From: Chiloscyllium plagiosum | Taxonomy: Eukaryota | Assembly: GCF_004010195.1 (NCBI RefSeq) | Contig: NC_057754.1 | Coordinates: 4,940,773 to 5,004,772, forward strand | Length of the DNA stretch: 64,000 nt | Direction: 5' to 3' | Part shown: positions 61,478 through 64,000 of the stretch, piece after piece | Layout: each line of letters begins with the position of its first letter | Numbering within the stretch: the stretch's first letter is position 1 | Translations under genes and position numbers: made by a program | The notes under the pieces: model-generated | The model's input: only the letters and a program-made list of their open reading frames with translations | Database searches by the model: none | Told to the model about the DNA's origin: nothing

Positions 61478-61837
61478 GTACTGTTTTCCAAGGTTGTGAG
61501 GTTGGGGTGTTTATTTCTTTGATTTTTGTTCTCATCATTATTCCACTTGTGTAGTTACGATGGAAACAAATGACAACAGTTATACAGCATAACAGAATCC
61601 TGGAGGCTGTACTGATATATCTGATAATAGACTGCTTACTGTTAGTCATGCCTGAATTAATGCACACATCATGAACGCAAACTTTAAAATAATATTTGCT
61701 TCCCTCAAGCAAGAAGCAATTTCTTTTCTACTGCAGTGTGAAAACTAAAGGTCATAGAGAAAGAAATTAATTTAATGCAAATGACCATTGTGAGTTCAAG
61801 ACAACGTTGTTCAGGGTTCTTTTTCCTGTTCTGTTAG

Positions 61838-61922
61838 ATTGCAGAGAAGTTGGCCCAGCTCCAGGAAAGGAGGAGAGAAATCAATAATAAATGGAAGGAA
61901 AAGGAAGACTGGTTGCAGCTGG
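61838..61922 (+). CDS. SPTBN2: Beta-spectrin exon, 85 bp
   Basis: tgttag|ATT GCA...CTG G|gtgaga; IAEKLAQLQERRREINNKWKEKEDWLQL(V). Confidence 0.95.
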
Positions 61923-62784
61923 GTGAGAATACTGAACCATGTACTTGAAGTCATCAGTAGGAAATATCTGCCACAGATTGACACACACATATCTTGTCAC
62001 ATAGTCTGTACACTGTTGTGTTTATTGAAGAACGATTATTCTACAGTGCAAAAATGCCTGTAATCTTGAACTAAACCCAGAAACTATGCATGAAACTATC
62101 CTGTTACCTTTGGGGAGAGAGCAGGATGTCAACAAGACTAATCCAGAATGAGATGTGAAAGTCTTCCCTGTTTCCAGGCTATAAGACCCCTGAGAGAAAT
62201 AAGTTAGTATAGCCTCAGCTTAGTTCCAGTTGAGGACATAAAACTGTTTTCAGTTTTCTTTTCAATTTCATAGATTTCCGCAGAATACAAGGCAAGAAAC
62301 ACAAAGTTCAGCCCACTGGACTGTGCTGATGATTGTGCATCACTCTGGCTTTCACCAACTGACTTCATTGAATCCTTTCACCCAGGGACACTGTGCTGTT
62401 GCTTGGACGTTGAAGCAACAGTTTTCAGTTTTAAAATCAATTGACACGACAAAGACAAGGGTCATTTGGCCCATTATGTCTGTACCAACTTTGGCTGAAC
62501 GTTGGAATGAGTTGTGTTTGCTCTATCTTTGCCACAGCCTTGAAATGTTTATTCCCTTCATGCATTTATCCACTTTACTTTTTAAGACTACCAATGAATC
62601 TACTACAATCACAATTTTTAGCACACTCCAAATCATCACAAATTGCCATGCCTTTTTTTAAATGTTTTCTCATGTTGCCTCTGGTTCATTTGCTAATTAC
62701 CTTCAGACGTGATTCGTTTTGTACTTTTAAGTAAATACAGTACCTTTCCCAAGTGTATCTCCAAACAGGGGCTGCAATTGCCTA

Positions 62785-63090
62785 GTGATATTATCACTGG
62801 ATAATTATTCAGATTTGAATCCTGCCATGACAGAGGGTGGAATTTGAACTCAAGAGAAATAAAATCTGGAACAATGAGTCTAACATTGACGACAAAACTA
62901 TTGTTGATTGTTGGAAAAACCCATCTGGTTCACTAATGTCCTTTAGAGAAGGAAACTGCCATCTTTACCTGATCAGGTCTACACGTGACTCCAGACCCAC
63001 AGCAATGTGGTTGACTCTTAAAACTGCCCTTTGGGCAATTATGGATTGGCAATAAATGCTGATCTGCCCTCATCTCATAGATGAATTTTA
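62785..63090 (+). mobile_element. SINE family B copy (another starts at ~63930 and runs off the window)
   Basis: B-box-like gatttgaatcc; tail gggcaattatggattggcaataaatgctg is shared with the LINE ends at 16945-17000 and 55272-55335. Confidence 0.75.
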
Positions 63091-63260
63091 AAAAACATAT
63101 ATTTAGGTAAATCACATATTCACTGACCAATTGAAGCAAATCTTATTATATTTTATTCAGCCTATTGACGATTGTACTGAATGAGTTGGAGCTGGTAAAA
63201 CTGTCTTTTCTCTCTCAATGTTTAATGCCTCCTCCTTCCCTATCCACACCCAATCCCCAG

Positions 63261-63457
63261 TAATGGAGGTTCTCCAGTTTGGTCGGGATGCAACAGTTGC
63301 TGAGGCCTGGCTGGCAACTCAAGAGCCATACGTCAGAGCAGCCGACATAGGAAGTAACGTAGATGATGCTGAGAACCTGATCAAGCGTCACGAAGAATTT
63401 GAGAAGTCAGCTGCTGCTTGGGAAGAGCGTTTCCTGGCCCTGGAGAAACTGACAACA
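63261..63457 (+). CDS. SPTBN2: Beta-spectrin exon (partial repeat 17, tetramerisation site), 197 bp
   Basis: ccccag|TA ATG...ACA ACA|gtgagt; [17 protein letters not shown]...[25 protein letters not shown]. Confidence 0.96.
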
Positions 63458-64000
63458 GTGAGTGTCCCACTACTTCCTTCTTATTTTCTCCCCAGCGTCT
63501 ACCTCACTTTTATCTCAACCTACCAGCACATCCTTCTATTCCTTTCTCTCTATTCTTCCCCTCAAACGTATCTGTACTAGTGGTAGCAAGTACCACATTC
63601 TTTCCATATCATGCGGAAATAATTTCTCCTGAAGTCCTTTGTTGGATTTATTAGTGACTATCTTGGATTATGGTCCCTAGTTGTGGTCTCCCCTAGAAGG
63701 AGTAATATTTTCTGCTACGTCCACTCTGAAGTGCCCAGTAATGACAGCAGACTATTTAACTGTGTACACCATCCTATCCATTTTAAAAATCTACATGTGT
63801 GTGCACGTTAAAGCAGATAGTTACTAGATGTCAGTCAGAATAGGGAACCCTGTGTTGATTTAGTCCCTTTTAAGACCATAGATTTTCAGCCTTTTGTGTA
63901 TAGTTTTTGCCTTGTCAGAAGTTTTGGCCGAGTAGTATTATCGCTGGAACGTTAATCCAGGGACCCGGTCATGTTCTCGGGACCAGGATTTGAATTCTGC

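Larger units (their letters stand above)
11081..63457 (+). other. SPTBN2: Partial gene span (27 internal coding exons) of a non-erythrocytic beta-spectrin, most similar to beta-III spectrin
   Basis: The spliced exons give one open frame of 5940 nt covering CH1/CH2 and spectrin repeats 1-17. Residues I recall as SPTBN2-type rather than SPTBN1-type: [72 protein letters not shown]. Beta-spectrin identity is certain; the paralogue call is from memory. Confidence 0.8.

Noticed and set aside
63458..63580. Read-through after the repeat-17 exon as a short C-terminal isoform
   Set aside because: Good donor ACA|gtgagt; the extension is pyrimidine-rich low-complexity sequence with no recognisable homology.

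Overview
Eukaryotic, vertebrate genomic DNA. The repeat content (HE1-type V-SINEs, CR1/HER1-type LINEs, Penelope-like elements) points to a shark or other elasmobranch. The window lies inside one large + strand gene for a non-erythrocytic beta-spectrin, most like SPTBN2 (beta-III). I placed 27 internal coding exons between 11081 and 63457, all with AG/GT boundaries and consistent phases. They total 5940 nt (1980 codons) and run from the second half of CH1 through CH2 and spectrin repeats 1-17; the start codon and the C-terminal/PH exons are outside the window. The introns are dense in transposon remains. The first 11 kb is a nested stack: a near-full-length antisense CR1 interrupted by a second CR1 3' end, a Penelope element with inverted pseudo-LTRs, and a TSD-flanked 4.4-kb RTE element carrying an unexplained ~600-bp 5' extension. 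The most unusual signal is a set of at least four Penelope-related sequence families with minimal hammerhead-ribozyme cores whose stem II sequences covary. Three of these insertions share a fold-back architecture with 13-15 bp TSDs, and one has a perfect 58-bp palindrome. Hammerheads in Penelope-like elements are known in general, so I found no clearly new biological system. Family names are from recognition, not database searches, and TE boundaries are approximate unless a TSD or TIR is given.
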